A stretch of 64,000 nt of DNA, taken from NCBI GenBank assembly GCA_963843835.1, contig CAWJMD010000008.1, positions 388,043 to 452,042 of the forward strand. The letters run 5' to 3'. A program made the translations under genes and the position numbers. This document shows, piece by piece, positions 37,826 to 47,182 of this stretch (position 1 is the stretch's first letter; each line of letters opens with the position of its first letter). This stretch comes from an uncultured Actinomycetota bacterium (lineage in GTDB: Bacteria > Actinomycetota > Actinomycetes > Actinomycetales > CAWJMD01). Below the pieces are notes generated by a model. That model was not told where the DNA came from. It saw only the letters and a program-made list of their open reading frames with translations, and ran no database searches.

Positions 37826-38644
37826 GTGAGCAGTCAGGACGATCGGGTCGAGGCCTTCCGGCGGTTGCACTCCTCCGGCTGCTTCGTCATGCCGAACCCG
37901 TGGGACGTCGGGAGCGCGCGTGCCTTGGAGCAGCTCGGCTTCTCGGCGCTCGCCACCACGAGTGCCGGCTTCGCCTGGACGCTGGGTCGTCCAGACCAGC
38001 ACGTCACGCTCGAGGAGATGCTCGAGCACCTCCGTGCCGTCGTCGACGCGGTGGGCTTGCCGGTCAACGCAGACTTCGAAGGCGGCTTCGCGGTCGATCC
38101 GCAGCAGGTTCACGCGAACGTGGAGCTCGCCGCGCACACGGGGGTCGCCGGGCTGTCGATCGAGGACTCGACAGGGGACGAGGCGCATCCGCTCCACGAC
38201 CTTGACCAGGCGGTCGAGCGGATTCGGGCCGCACGCGACGCGATCGATGGCAGCGGTACGGGCGTCGTCCTGACCGGTCGGTCCGAGGGGTTCGTCGTCG
38301 GACGACCCGACATCGACGAGACGATCCGCAGGCTGCGCGCCTACGCGGAGGCCGGCGCCGACTGCCTGTACGCGCCGCGGATCGGAACCGTCGAGCAGGT
38401 CGCGGCGATCGTCGACGCCGTGTCACCCAAGCCGGTGAACCTGCTGATCAACGCGCCGTTCATCACGGTCGCGCAGGCGGCCGCACTCGGAGTACGGCGG
38501 ATCAGCGTGGGCGGAACGCTCGCGCGCACCGCGTGGGCCGGCTTCCTCCAGGCGGCGCAGGAGATCGCCGGCGCCGGGACGTTCTCCCGGTTCGAGAACC
38601 TGCCGGACGTCGACGGACTCCTCAGCCCGGACGCGGAGGCATAG
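37826..38644 (+). CDS. isocitrate lyase / PEP mutase family protein
   Basis: PNPWDVGSARALE...NADFEGGF...GLSIEDS. Confidence 0.8.
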   Translation: MSSQDDRVEAFRRLHSSGCFVMPNPWDVGSARALEQLGFSALATTSAGFAWTLGRPDQHVTLEEMLEHLRAVVDAVGLPVNADFEGGFAVDPQQVHANVELAAHTGVAGLSIEDSTGDEAHPLHDLDQAVERIRAARDAIDGSGTGVVLTGRSEGFVVGRPDIDETIRRLRAYAEAGADCLYAPRIGTVEQVAAIVDAVSPKPVNLLINAPFITVAQAAALGVRRISVGGTLARTAWAGFLQAAQEIAGAGTFSRFENLPDVDGLLSPDAEA

Positions 38645-38739
38645 GAGGGGGCGTTCGAGCGACCGGGAGGGCCGGTCCGAGGTGCGATCCCCGGGAACCC
38701 TGCCCGGGCGACCTTCTCGACCCCAGTCCTTCGTCGCCT

Positions 38740-38803
38740 CAACGAGATGCGACCAGTCGGGCCGGGACGACGCCCCTGCTGCCATACTTCTCGCATCTCG
38801 TTG
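38740..38803. repeat. 13-bp perfect inverted repeat (CAACGAGATGCGA ... TCGCATCTCGTTG), 38-nt spacer
   Basis: Read directly. It lies in the 300-nt spacer between convergent genes. Confidence 0.75.
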
Positions 38804-38868
38804 CCCCGTGTGATCAGCCGTCCTGACCAACGGGGTCGATGGCCCCGACTCAGGGCCTGCGCTCGACC

Positions 38869-38943
38869 CCGATTCTCCCGAGATCGGGGGTCGGGAGGGC
38901 ACGCGGCGGACCGATTCTCCCGAGAATGGGGCTGGGACGACGG
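38869..38943. repeat. two direct copies (period 42 nt) of CCGATTCTCCCGAGA(A)T(C)GGGG, each an imperfect palindrome
   Basis: The 15-nt identical cores are at 38869-38883 and 38911-38925. The flanks are similar (tcgggggtcggga / atggggctggga). Arms are CCGATTCTC / GAGAATgGG. Confidence 0.75.
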
Positions 38944-39165
38944 TCAGCCGCCCCCGCCGGACTTGCGGCGGAACGTCTTCTGCGGCTTCGCCGGCGCCGA
39001 GTGCGGGTGCTGGGCCGCCGGGTTGTGGGCGATGCCCTCGCCGCGGTGGCCGTACTTCTTGCGGTCGAGCGCCTCGCGGAACTTGCGGCGAGCCGCGTCC
39101 TGCGGCGTCTCGGTGCCCTCCGGGACGTCCGGCGGCGTGCTCTCGTCGTTCGTCGGCTCGCTCAT
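38944..39165 (-). CDS. DUF5302-like small basic protein (73 aa)
   Basis: ATG 39165 within ORF 38944..39546. ...AARRKFREALDRKKYGHRGEG...KTFRRKSGGGG. Confidence 0.6.
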   Translation of the reverse strand: MSEPTNDESTPPDVPEGTETPQDAARRKFREALDRKKYGHRGEGIAHNPAAQHPHSAPAKPQKTFRRKSGGGG

Positions 39166-39214
39166 GCGTCCATCCTGTCGGTGCGAGGGGCTGCTGACCA
39201 ATGCGTTTGCCGGC

Positions 39215-40090
39215 TCAGTCCTCGAACGAGTGCTCCGGGGCGGGGAACTGGCCCGACCTGACGTCCTCGGCGTAGGCGCGGGCGGCCTGCGACAACGTGC
39301 CACGCAGGTCCGCGTACTTGCGCACGAACCGGGGTGCCTTGCCCCCACGCAGGCCCGCCATGTCCTGCCAGACGAGAACCTGTGCGTCACAGGCGGACCC
39401 GGCGCCGATCCCGATCGTCGGGATGGCCAGCACCTCGGTGGTCCGGGCGGCGACGGGTGCCGGCACCATCTCCAGCACCAGCGAGAAGGCACCCGCCGCC
39501 TGCAGGTCGCAGGCGTCCTGGACGAGCTGGTCCGCCGCGTCCCCACGTCCCTGCACGCGGTACCCGCCGAGGGCGTGCTCGCTCTGCGGGGTGAACCCGA
39601 GGTGGGCCATCACCGGGATGCCGGCCTCGACCAGCGCCGCCACGGTCGGCACGACGCGGGCGCCGCCCTCGAGCTTCACCGCGTGGCAGCGTCCCTCCTT
39701 CATGAAGCGGGTCGCCGTCGCCAGGGCCTGCTGCGGCCCCTCCTGGTACGAGCCGAACGGCAGGTCGGCCACGACGAGGGCGCGGCGCACGCTGCGGGTC
39801 ACCGCCCGCACCAGCGCCAGCATCTCCTCGACCGTGACCGGCAGGGACGTGTCGTAGCCGTAGACGTTGTTGGCGGCGGAGTCGCCGACCAGCAGCACGG
39901 GGATGCCTGCCTCGTCGAAGATCTCGGCCGCGTACTGCTCGTACGCCGTGAGCATCGCCCAGCGCTCGCCCCGCTCCTTCATCTGCTGAAGGTGGTGGAT
40001 GCGGACCTTCGAGGTTCCGGACGCGGTCGGCGACGCGCCCGGTGCCGACGCCGCCGGCCCGTTGCCGTACGGCGCGCTCTGCTCACTCAT
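39215..40090 (-). CDS. panB: 3-methyl-2-oxobutanoate hydroxymethyltransferase
   Basis: [33 protein letters not shown] and VKLEGG motifs. Confidence 0.95.
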   Translation of the reverse strand: MSEQSAPYGNGPAASAPGASPTASGTSKVRIHHLQQMKERGERWAMLTAYEQYAAEIFDEAGIPVLLVGDSAANNVYGYDTSLPVTVEEMLALVRAVTRSVRRALVVADLPFGSYQEGPQQALATATRFMKEGRCHAVKLEGGARVVPTVAALVEAGIPVMAHLGFTPQSEHALGGYRVQGRGDAADQLVQDACDLQAAGAFSLVLEMVPAPVAARTTEVLAIPTIGIGAGSACDAQVLVWQDMAGLRGGKAPRFVRKYADLRGTLSQAARAYAEDVRSGQFPAPEHSFED

Positions 40091-40127
40091 GGGGGACCTT
40101 CCTGTGGGACGTCGGCGGCGGCGGGAG

Positions 40128-41907
40128 TCAGCTGTCCTGCTCGCGCCAGCGGCTGGTGACGGGGAGCCGGCGGTCGCGTCCGAACGCGATGCGGCTGATC
40201 TTCGGGCCCGGGGCGAACTGCCGCCGCTTCCACTCGGCGCGGTCGACCAGGCCGACGACGCGGTCGACCACGTCGGCGTCGAAACCGGCCTCGAGCAGCT
40301 CCGACCGGCCCTCGGCGCCGACGACGTACCGCTCGAGCACGGCGTCGAGCAGCTCGTAGGGCGGGAGCGAGTCCTGGTCGACCTGGCCCGGGGCCAGCTC
40401 GGCTGACGGGGGTTTGGTGATGGAGCTCTCCGGGATCGGCGGCTTCTCGCCGGACTTCTCGGCCCGGGCGTTGCGCCACCGCGCCAGCTCCCAGACCAGC
40501 GTCTTCGGCACGTCCTTCAGCGGTGCGAAGCCGCCGACGGAGTCGCCGTAGATCGTCGAGTACCCGACCGCCAGCTCGCTCTTGTTGCCCGTCGCCAGGA
40601 CGAGGTGGCTCTCCTGGTTCGAGATGCCCATCAGGATCGCGCCGCGCACGCGGGCCTGGAGGTTCTCCTCCGCGACCCCGGTCAGCTTCAGCTCGTCGAG
40701 GTAGGTCGCCACCACGGCGCCGATCGGCTGCACCCGGTAGTCGACGTCCAGCCCGCTCCGCCAGGTCGGCGGCGTCGTCCCTGGAGTGCTCGGACGAGTA
40801 CTTGCTCGGCATCGACACCCCGACGACGTTCGGGCCGCCGACCGCGTCGGCGGCGACCGCCGCGACCAGCGCCGAGTCGATGCCGCCGGAGAGCCCGAGG
40901 ATCACCGACGAGAAGCCGTTCTTGCGCACGTACTAGCGCAGACCGACGACGAGCGCCTGGTAGACCTCCTCGACGGGGTCCAGGCGCGGTGCGCACGGTG
41001 CGGGCATGCGGGTCGTAGGCGGCCACCGGCTCGTCGGAGACCACGGTCAGCTCGACCGACCCCGTCGCCGCGTCGGTGTCCAGGCGCGACTCCGGCAGGT
41101 CGAGGTCGACCACGATCAGCTCCTCGGCGAACTGCGCGCCGCGCGCCAGCACCTCGCCGTCCGGCGACGACGACGACCGAGTCGCCGTCGAAGACGAGGT
41201 CGTCCTGCCCGCCCACGAGGTTGAGATACGCCAGCGTGGCCTCCGCCTCGGCCGCGCGGCGGCGCACCAGCGCGAGCCGGGCGTCGTCCTTGTCCTGCTC
41301 GTAGGGGGAGCCGTTGAGCACCAGCAGCAGCTCCGCGCCGGCCTCGCGGGTCATCGCCACCGGGCCGCCGTCCTGCCAGAGGTCCTCGCAGATCCCGAGG
41401 GCGACGTCGACCCCGGCGACGCGCACCACGTGCAGCCGCTGCCCGGGCACGAAGATGCGGAACTCGTCGAAGACGCCGTAGTTGGGCAGGTGGTGCTTCG
41501 CGTAGCGCGTCGCCATCTCGCCCCGGTGCAGCACCGCGGCGCAGTTCTGCGGCATGCCCTTCGGGATGCCGGTCTCCCCGTCCTCGCTCACGCCGTCGCC
41601 GTCGAGGTCCGCGTCGGTCCCCTCCGCGCGGTCGAGGTAGCCGACCACGACGGGGGTCCCGCCGAAGCCCGTCCGCCGCCAGGTCGCGCGCCAGCTCGGC
41701 GATCGCGGCCCGTGAGGCGTCGACGAAGGAACGGCGCAGGGCGAGGTCCTCGACCGGGTAGCCGGTCAGCACCATCTCGGGGAAGGCGACCAGGTGCGCA
41801 CCGGCCTCGACGGCCTTGGCCGTCCAGGTCCTGACCAGTGCTGCGTTGGCCGCCAGGTCACCCACCGTGGGGTCGACCTGGGCCAGGGCGAGTCGCAGCT
41901 GCGGCAT
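40128..41907 (-). pseudogene. nadE: glutamine-dependent NAD+ synthetase, 4 frame shifts plus in-frame TAG
   Basis: Recognisable segments are spread over track ORFs 41116..41907 (CN-hydrolase N-terminus), 40902..41648, 40688..41152, 40087..40929 (SGGIDS PP-loop) and 40128..40733. Shifts are near 41669, 41163, 41008 and 40753. TAG at 40933-40935 interrupts EEVYQALVVGLR*YVRKNGF. Confidence 0.75.
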
Positions 41908-41983
41908 GCCCGGAGCCTAGTGCCGCCCTCCTGCTGGCAGACTTCGGGCAGGACGGGACGACCACCAGGACCGAAGGGGTGCC

Positions 41984-43330
41984 ATGGACCGCCAGGAGGA
42001 GTTCGTGCTCCGCTCGATCGAGGAGCGCGACATCCGGTTCGTCAGGCTCTGGTTCACGGACGTGCTCGGCTTCCTCAAGTCCGTGGCGGTGGCGCCCGCC
42101 GAGCTGGAGGGCGCCTTCAGCGAGGGCATCGGCTTCGACGGCAGCGCGATCGAGGGTCTCGCCCGCGTGTCGGAGGCCGACATGCTGCTTCGTCCCGACC
42201 CGTCGACGTTCCAGGTCCTCCCGTGGCGGTCCGAGGAGAGCGGCAGCCAGGGCACCGCCCGCATGTTCTGCGACGTGCTCAACCCCGACGGCGAGCCGGC
42301 GTCGGCCGACCCACGCAACGTCCTCAAGCGCGCCCTCGCGAAGGCCGGCGAGCAGGGCTTCACCTTCTACACGCACCCCGAGATCGAGTTCTACCTGCTG
42401 CACCCCGGGTCCGAACCGGGCGCCGAGCCGGTGCCGGTCGACGACGGCGGGTTCTTCGACCACGTACCCGGCGGGCCAGCCCACGACTTCCGCCGTGCCG
42501 CGATCACCGTGCTCGAGAACATGGGCATCTCGGTGGAGTTCAGCCACCACGAGGGCGGCCCGGGCCAGAACGAGATCGACCTGCGCTACGCCGACGCCCT
42601 GGCAACCGCCGACAACATCATGACGTTCCGGACGGTGATCAAGGAGGTCGCCATGGAACAGGGCGTCTACGCCACCTTCATGCCCAAGCCGCTGTCGGGA
42701 CAGCCCGGTTCGGGCATGCACACCCACATGTCGCTGTTCGAGGGCGACCGCAACGCCTTCCACGAGGCCGGGGCCCAGTACCAGCTCAGCCGCACCGCCC
42801 GGCAGTTCATCGCCGGTCTGCTCAAGCACGGCGCCGAGATCAGCCTCATCACGAACCAGTTCGTCAACTCGTACAAGCGGCTGTGGGGCGGGGGAGAGGC
42901 GCCCTCGCACCTGTGCTGGGGACACAACAACAGGTCCGCGCTCGTGCGGGTGCCGATGTACAAGCCGGGCAAGGAGCAGTCGGTGCGCGTCGAGCACCGC
43001 GCGCTCGACGCCGCCTGCAACCCCTACCTCGCCTACGCCGTGATGCTCGCGGCGGGGCTGAAGGGCATCGAGGAGGGCTACGAGCTGCCCGAGGGCGCCG
43101 AGGACGACGTCTGGACGCTGACCGACGGGGAGCGGCGCGCGCTGGGCATCGAGCCGATGCCGGCGAGCCTGGACCACGCGATCGCCGCGATGGAGGGCTC
43201 CGAGCTGGTGGCGGAGACCCTCGGCGAGCGCGTGTTCGACTTCGTCCTGCGCAACAAGCGCCAGGAGTGGAACGACTACCGCCTCCAGGTCACCCCCTTC
43301 GAGCTACGCCGCTTCCTGCCCATCCTGTGA
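41984..43330 (+). CDS. glnA2: type I glutamine synthetase paralogue (GlnA2-like)
   Basis: 448 aa. IRFVRLWFTDVLG, FDGSAIEG, and the MPKPL..GSGMH.H.SLF pattern. Confidence 0.85.
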   Translation: MDRQEEFVLRSIEERDIRFVRLWFTDVLGFLKSVAVAPAELEGAFSEGIGFDGSAIEGLARVSEADMLLRPDPSTFQVLPWRSEESGSQGTARMFCDVLNPDGEPASADPRNVLKRALAKAGEQGFTFYTHPEIEFYLLHPGSEPGAEPVPVDDGGFFDHVPGGPAHDFRRAAITVLENMGISVEFSHHEGGPGQNEIDLRYADALATADNIMTFRTVIKEVAMEQGVYATFMPKPLSGQPGSGMHTHMSLFEGDRNAFHEAGAQYQLSRTARQFIAGLLKHGAEISLITNQFVNSYKRLWGGGEAPSHLCWGHNNRSALVRVPMYKPGKEQSVRVEHRALDAACNPYLAYAVMLAAGLKGIEEGYELPEGAEDDVWTLTDGERRALGIEPMPASLDHAIAAMEGSELVAETLGERVFDFVLRNKRQEWNDYRLQVTPFELRRFLPIL

Positions 43331-44088
43331 CCGAGACCGTGGAACCACTGTCGGCGCCCCGCGTCCTCGTCATCGAGCACCACCGCGAGTGCGGCCTCGG
43401 CCGGCTCACGCCCCTCCCGGGGTGCGAGGTGGTCCTGGTGCGGGCCGGGGAGGGCGAGGAGCTCCCCGCCGACCTCGACGGGTGGGACGGACTGCTGGTC
43501 CTGGGCGGCCCGACCGCGGCCTGGGAGGACGACGTCGCCCCGTGGCTGCCCGCCACCCGGGCACTCCTCGCGGACGCGGTCGAGCGCAGGGTGCCGACCC
43601 TGGGCGTGTGCCTCGGCGCCCAGCTGCTGGCCATGGCCACCGGCGGCACGGTGGAGCGCGGCCCCGACGGTCCCGAGCTGGGCGTGCTCGGGGTGCTGCT
43701 GGCGCCAGAGGCGGGCTCGGACGAGTTCACCGCTGCCCTGGCCGCATCGCTCGGGGCGGGCATCCCGGCGCCGCAGGGGCACCACGACGCGGTGACGGCC
43801 CTGCCGCCGGGCGCCGTCCTGCTGGCCTCGTCGCCGAGGTACCCGCACCAGATCTTCCGGGTCGGCGAGCGGGCCTGGGGCGTGCAGTACCACCCGGAGG
43901 TCCTGCCGGAGGACTTCGAGAGCTGGCTGGTCGAGGACGCGGAGCACCTCGCGGCTGCCGGCACCAGCGTCGAGCAGCAGATGGAGGTCTTCGCTGCCGC
44001 GCGCGACTCCTTGCAGCACAGCGCAGGCGCGCATGCCGAGGCGTTCGCCGGCGTCGTCCTCCGGCACGCGGCCGCGCCGGTCGCATGA
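43327..44088 (+). CDS. class I glutamine amidotransferase-like protein
   Basis: GVCLGAQLLA nucleophile elbow and YHPE near the C-terminus. GTG 43327 overlaps the glnA2 stop, and its own stop overlaps the glnE ATG. Confidence 0.75.
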   Translation: MTETVEPLSAPRVLVIEHHRECGLGRLTPLPGCEVVLVRAGEGEELPADLDGWDGLLVLGGPTAAWEDDVAPWLPATRALLADAVERRVPTLGVCLGAQLLAMATGGTVERGPDGPELGVLGVLLAPEAGSDEFTAALAASLGAGIPAPQGHHDAVTALPPGAVLLASSPRYPHQIFRVGERAWGVQYHPEVLPEDFESWLVEDAEHLAAAGTSVEQQMEVFAAARDSLQHSAGAHAEAFAGVVLRHAAAPVA

Positions 44089-47000
44089 CGCGGTCGGGGA
44101 CCGGTGGCGCCAGCAACCGGCAGGCCAGCCCCACCGGCACGCTCGCCCGTCTCGGCTTCGCCGAGCCCGACCGCGCGCTGACCCTGCTGCAGGACGAGGC
44201 GCTCGCCGGGCTCGTGGACCCGTTCGACGACGTCTTCGACGACGGCCTGATGCGAGCCCTGTCGGACACGGCCGACCCCGACCAGGCGCTGCTCGCGCTG
44301 GTGCGCGTGCTCACCGAGGCACACCGGCAGCAGGCCGGCAGCGCCCGACGCGGTGACGACGACGACGGCCTGGCCCCGGGCAGGCTGCACGCCCTCGTGC
44401 GGACGCCGGGGGAGGGACGCGACCGGCTGCTGGCCGTCCTCGGCGCCTCCGCCGCCCTCGGCGACCACCTCGTGCGCCACCCCGGCCACTGGCAGGCGCT
44501 GACCGCCCCCGAGCCCGAGCTGCCGGAGGAGCTGCGGCGCGACCTGCTCTCGGCCGTCGGGGCCGACCCCGACGCGGCGGTGCCGGTGGCGACGCTGCCC
44601 GTCCCCGACGCGCTCGGCACGCTGAGGGTCGCCTACCGGCGGCGGCTGCTCGCGCTGGCGGGGCGCGACCTCGCGTCGCCGGAGCCGGCTCTCGTCGTCG
44701 ACCGCGTCACCCTCGAGCTGGCCGACCTCGCCGCCGCCGCCCTGGAGGCCGCCCTCGCCGTGGCCCGCAGCGAGCTCGACGACCACGGGAAGGGCTGCCG
44801 GCTGGCGGTCATCGCCATGGGGAAGACGGGCGGCCGCGAGCTGAACTACGTGAGCGACGTCGACGTGGTCTACGTGGCCGAGCCCGCCGACGGCACCGAC
44901 GAGGAGGCGGCGCTCGCGACCGGCGCGCGCCTCGCCTCGTCCCTCGCGCGGGTCTGCTCCGCCAGCACGTCCGAGGGCACCCTCTGGCCCGTCGACGCCG
45001 CGCTGCGGCCTGAGGGAAAGGACGGGCCGCTGGTCCGCACCGTGGCCAGCCACCGCGCGTACTACGAGCGCTGGGCCGCCACCTGGGAGTTCCAGGCGCT
45101 GCTGAAGGCGCGACCGGTGGCGGGCGACGCCCAGGTCGGGCGGCAGTACGTCGAGGCGATCACGCCCCTGGTGTGGGAGGCGGCCGGACGCGAGAACTTC
45201 GTGCGCGACGTGCAGGCGATGCGCCGCAGGGTCGAGGCGCACGTGCCCAGCCGTGAGAGCGAGCGCCAGCTCAAGCTCGGCCCCGGCGGGCTCCGCGACG
45301 TGGAGTTCAGCGTGCAGCTCCTGCAGATGGTGCACGGGCGCGCAGAGGATCGGCTGCGCACCCCGAACACGCTCGAGGCGCTCGAGCTGCTGTCCACCTA
45401 CGGCTACGTCGGTCGCGACGACGCGGGGGCCCTCGACACCGCGTACCGGGACCTGCGCGTGCTCGAGCACCGCCTCCAGCTGGCCAGGTTGCGGCGCACC
45501 CACGTGATGCCCGAGAACGACGAGGACCGGCGGCGGCTCGCCCGTGCCGCCCGGCTGGGCGGTCTCGAGGGGCTGGACAAGATGTGGAGGTCGACGCGCG
45601 CTGTCGTCCGTCCACTGCACGAAAGGCTCTTCTACCGACCGATTCTCGCCGCAGCGGCCCGCCTCACCGCTGACGAGGCACGCCTCACTCCCGACGCGGC
45701 CAGGGCCCGCCTCCAGGCGCTCGGGTACACCGACCCGGCCGGAGCGATGCGCCACCTCGAGGCGCTGACCGAGGGGGTGAGCCGGCGGGCCGCGATCCAG
45801 CGTCAGCTGCTGCCCGTGCTGCTCGGCTGGTTCGCCGAGGGCGCCGACCCCGACGCCGGCCTGCTCGCCTTCCGGAAGGTCAGCGATGCCCTCGGTACGA
45901 CCCACTGGTACCTGAAGATGCTGCGCGACTCCGGTGCCGGTGCGGAGCGGATCGCCAGCGTGCTCTCGGGCGGCCAGTACGCCTCCTCCCTGCTGGCCCG
46001 TCTGCCCGAGGCGACCCGGTGGCTCGGTTCGGACGAGGACCTGGCGCCGCGGGCTCCGTCCGCGCTGTCGGCGGAGGTGGCCACGGCCGTGGCACGCCAC
46101 CGCGACCCGGCCGACGCCGTCGCCGCCGCGAGGTCGGTGCGGGCGCGCGAGATGCTGCGCACGGCGCTCGGTGACCTGGCCGGCGTGGTCGACCTGACCC
46201 AAGTGGGTGCGGCCCTCTCCGCAGCCACGGTCGCTGCTCTCGAGGGCGCTCTCACGGTCGCGTGCCGGACGGTCGCGCTGGAGCGGTCGGTCGACGAGCT
46301 GCCCACCCGCGTCGCGGTGATCGGGATGGGGCGGCTCGGTGGGCTGGAGCTGGGGTACGGCAGCGACGCCGACGTGGTGTTCGTCCACGATCCGCGGGAC
46401 GGGGCCGACGAGCAGGAGGCCCAGTCCGTCGCGATCGCCGTGGTCACCGAGCTGCAGAAGCTGCTGCGCACCCAGGGGTCGAGTCCGACGGTCGACATCG
46501 ACACCAGCCTGCGCCCGGAGGGCCGGGACGGGCCGCCGGTGCGGTCGCTCGACTCCTACGCGGAGTACTACCGACGCTGGTCCTCGGGGTGGGAGGCGCA
46601 GGCGCTGCTGCGCGCCGAGCCGATGGCCGGTGACGACGAGCTGGGTCAGGCCTTCCGTGAGCTGGTCGACCCGCTGAGGTACCCCCGGTCCGGCCTCGGC
46701 GCGGGGGACGTGCGAGAGCTGCGCCGCATCAAGGCGCGCGTCGAGTCCGAACGCCTTCCCCGCGGCGTGAGCCCCGGTCGCCACCTCAAGCTCGGCCCGG
46801 GCGGCCTGGCCGACGTCGAGTGGACCGTGCAGCTCCTCCAGCTGCAGCACGGGGCCGAGCACGCCGAGCTGCGGACGACGTCGACCCTCGGCGCGCTCAG
46901 GGCGGCGATGCACCTCGGGCTGGTCGCCACGGCCGACGCGGAGACGCTGGAGCACGCGTGGGCGACGGCGTCACGGCTGCGGAACGCGTTGGTGCTGTGG

Positions 47001-47162
47001 CGAGGACGAGGAACGGACGTGATGCCGACGATCCGGCGCGACCTCGACGGTGCCGCGCGGCTGCTCGGCTACGCCCCGGCGCACGTGGGCGCGCTGGAGG
47101 ACGACGTCCTGCGCGCGATGCGGCACGCCCGCTCGGTCGTGGAGCGGCTCTTCTACGGCTGA
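44085..47162 (+). CDS. glnE: bifunctional glutamine synthetase adenylyltransferase / adenylyl-removing enzyme
   Basis: About 1025 aa starting at ATG 44085. Duplicated nucleotidyltransferase modules (MGKTGGRELNYVSDVDVV and MGRLGGLELGYGSDADVV). Confidence 0.9.
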   Translation: MTRSGTGGASNRQASPTGTLARLGFAEPDRALTLLQDEALAGLVDPFDDVFDDGLMRALSDTADPDQALLALVRVLTEAHRQQAGSARRGDDDDGLAPGRLHALVRTPGEGRDRLLAVLGASAALGDHLVRHPGHWQALTAPEPELPEELRRDLLSAVGADPDAAVPVATLPVPDALGTLRVAYRRRLLALAGRDLASPEPALVVDRVTLELADLAAAALEAALAVARSELDDHGKGCRLAVIAMGKTGGRELNYVSDVDVVYVAEPADGTDEEAALATGARLASSLARVCSASTSEGTLWPVDAALRPEGKDGPLVRTVASHRAYYERWAATWEFQALLKARPVAGDAQVGRQYVEAITPLVWEAAGRENFVRDVQAMRRRVEAHVPSRESERQLKLGPGGLRDVEFSVQLLQMVHGRAEDRLRTPNTLEALELLSTYGYVGRDDAGALDTAYRDLRVLEHRLQLARLRRTHVMPENDEDRRRLARAARLGGLEGLDKMWRSTRAVVRPLHERLFYRPILAAAARLTADEARLTPDAARARLQALGYTDPAGAMRHLEALTEGVSRRAAIQRQLLPVLLGWFAEGADPDAGLLAFRKVSDALGTTHWYLKMLRDSGAGAERIASVLSGGQYASSLLARLPEATRWLGSDEDLAPRAPSALSAEVATAVARHRDPADAVAAARSVRAREMLRTALGDLAGVVDLTQVGAALSAATVAALEGALTVACRTVALERSVDELPTRVAVIGMGRLGGLELGYGSDADVVFVHDPRDGADEQEAQSVAIAVVTELQKLLRTQGSSPTVDIDTSLRPEGRDGPPVRSLDSYAEYYRRWSSGWEAQALLRAEPMAGDDELGQAFRELVDPLRYPRSGLGAGDVRELRRIKARVESERLPRGVSPGRHLKLGPGGLADVEWTVQLLQLQHGAEHAELRTTSTLGALRAAMHLGLVATADAETLEHAWATASRLRNALVLWRGRGTDVMPTIRRDLDGAARLLGYAPAHVGALEDDVLRAMRHARSVVERLFYG

Positions 47163-47182
47163 AGCGGGCCGTTGCGGGGGGA

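Noticed and set aside
40933-40935. The in-frame TAG in nadE as possible recoding (pyrrolysine or suppression), and the frame shifts as programmed frameshifting.
   Set aside because: No slippery heptamers or stimulatory structures recur at the shift sites. Eighteen events in six unrelated genes is not how programmed recoding behaves. No Pyl machinery is visible. Sequence error or decay is the simpler explanation.
43290-46955. Very long antisense or alternate-frame ORFs. Examples: 43290..46955 (-) 1221 aa, 60149..62656 (-) 835 aa, 1290..3113 (+) 607 aa, 57174..59066 (-) 630 aa, 17627..19939 N-terminal part.
   Set aside because: Their translations are Arg/Pro/Gly/Ala-rich low-complexity strings with no motifs. 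They lie opposite or overlapping genes with clear family signatures (glnE, Mo subunit, GT87, permease). This is the expected stop-codon-poor shadow-ORF artefact of very GC-rich DNA.
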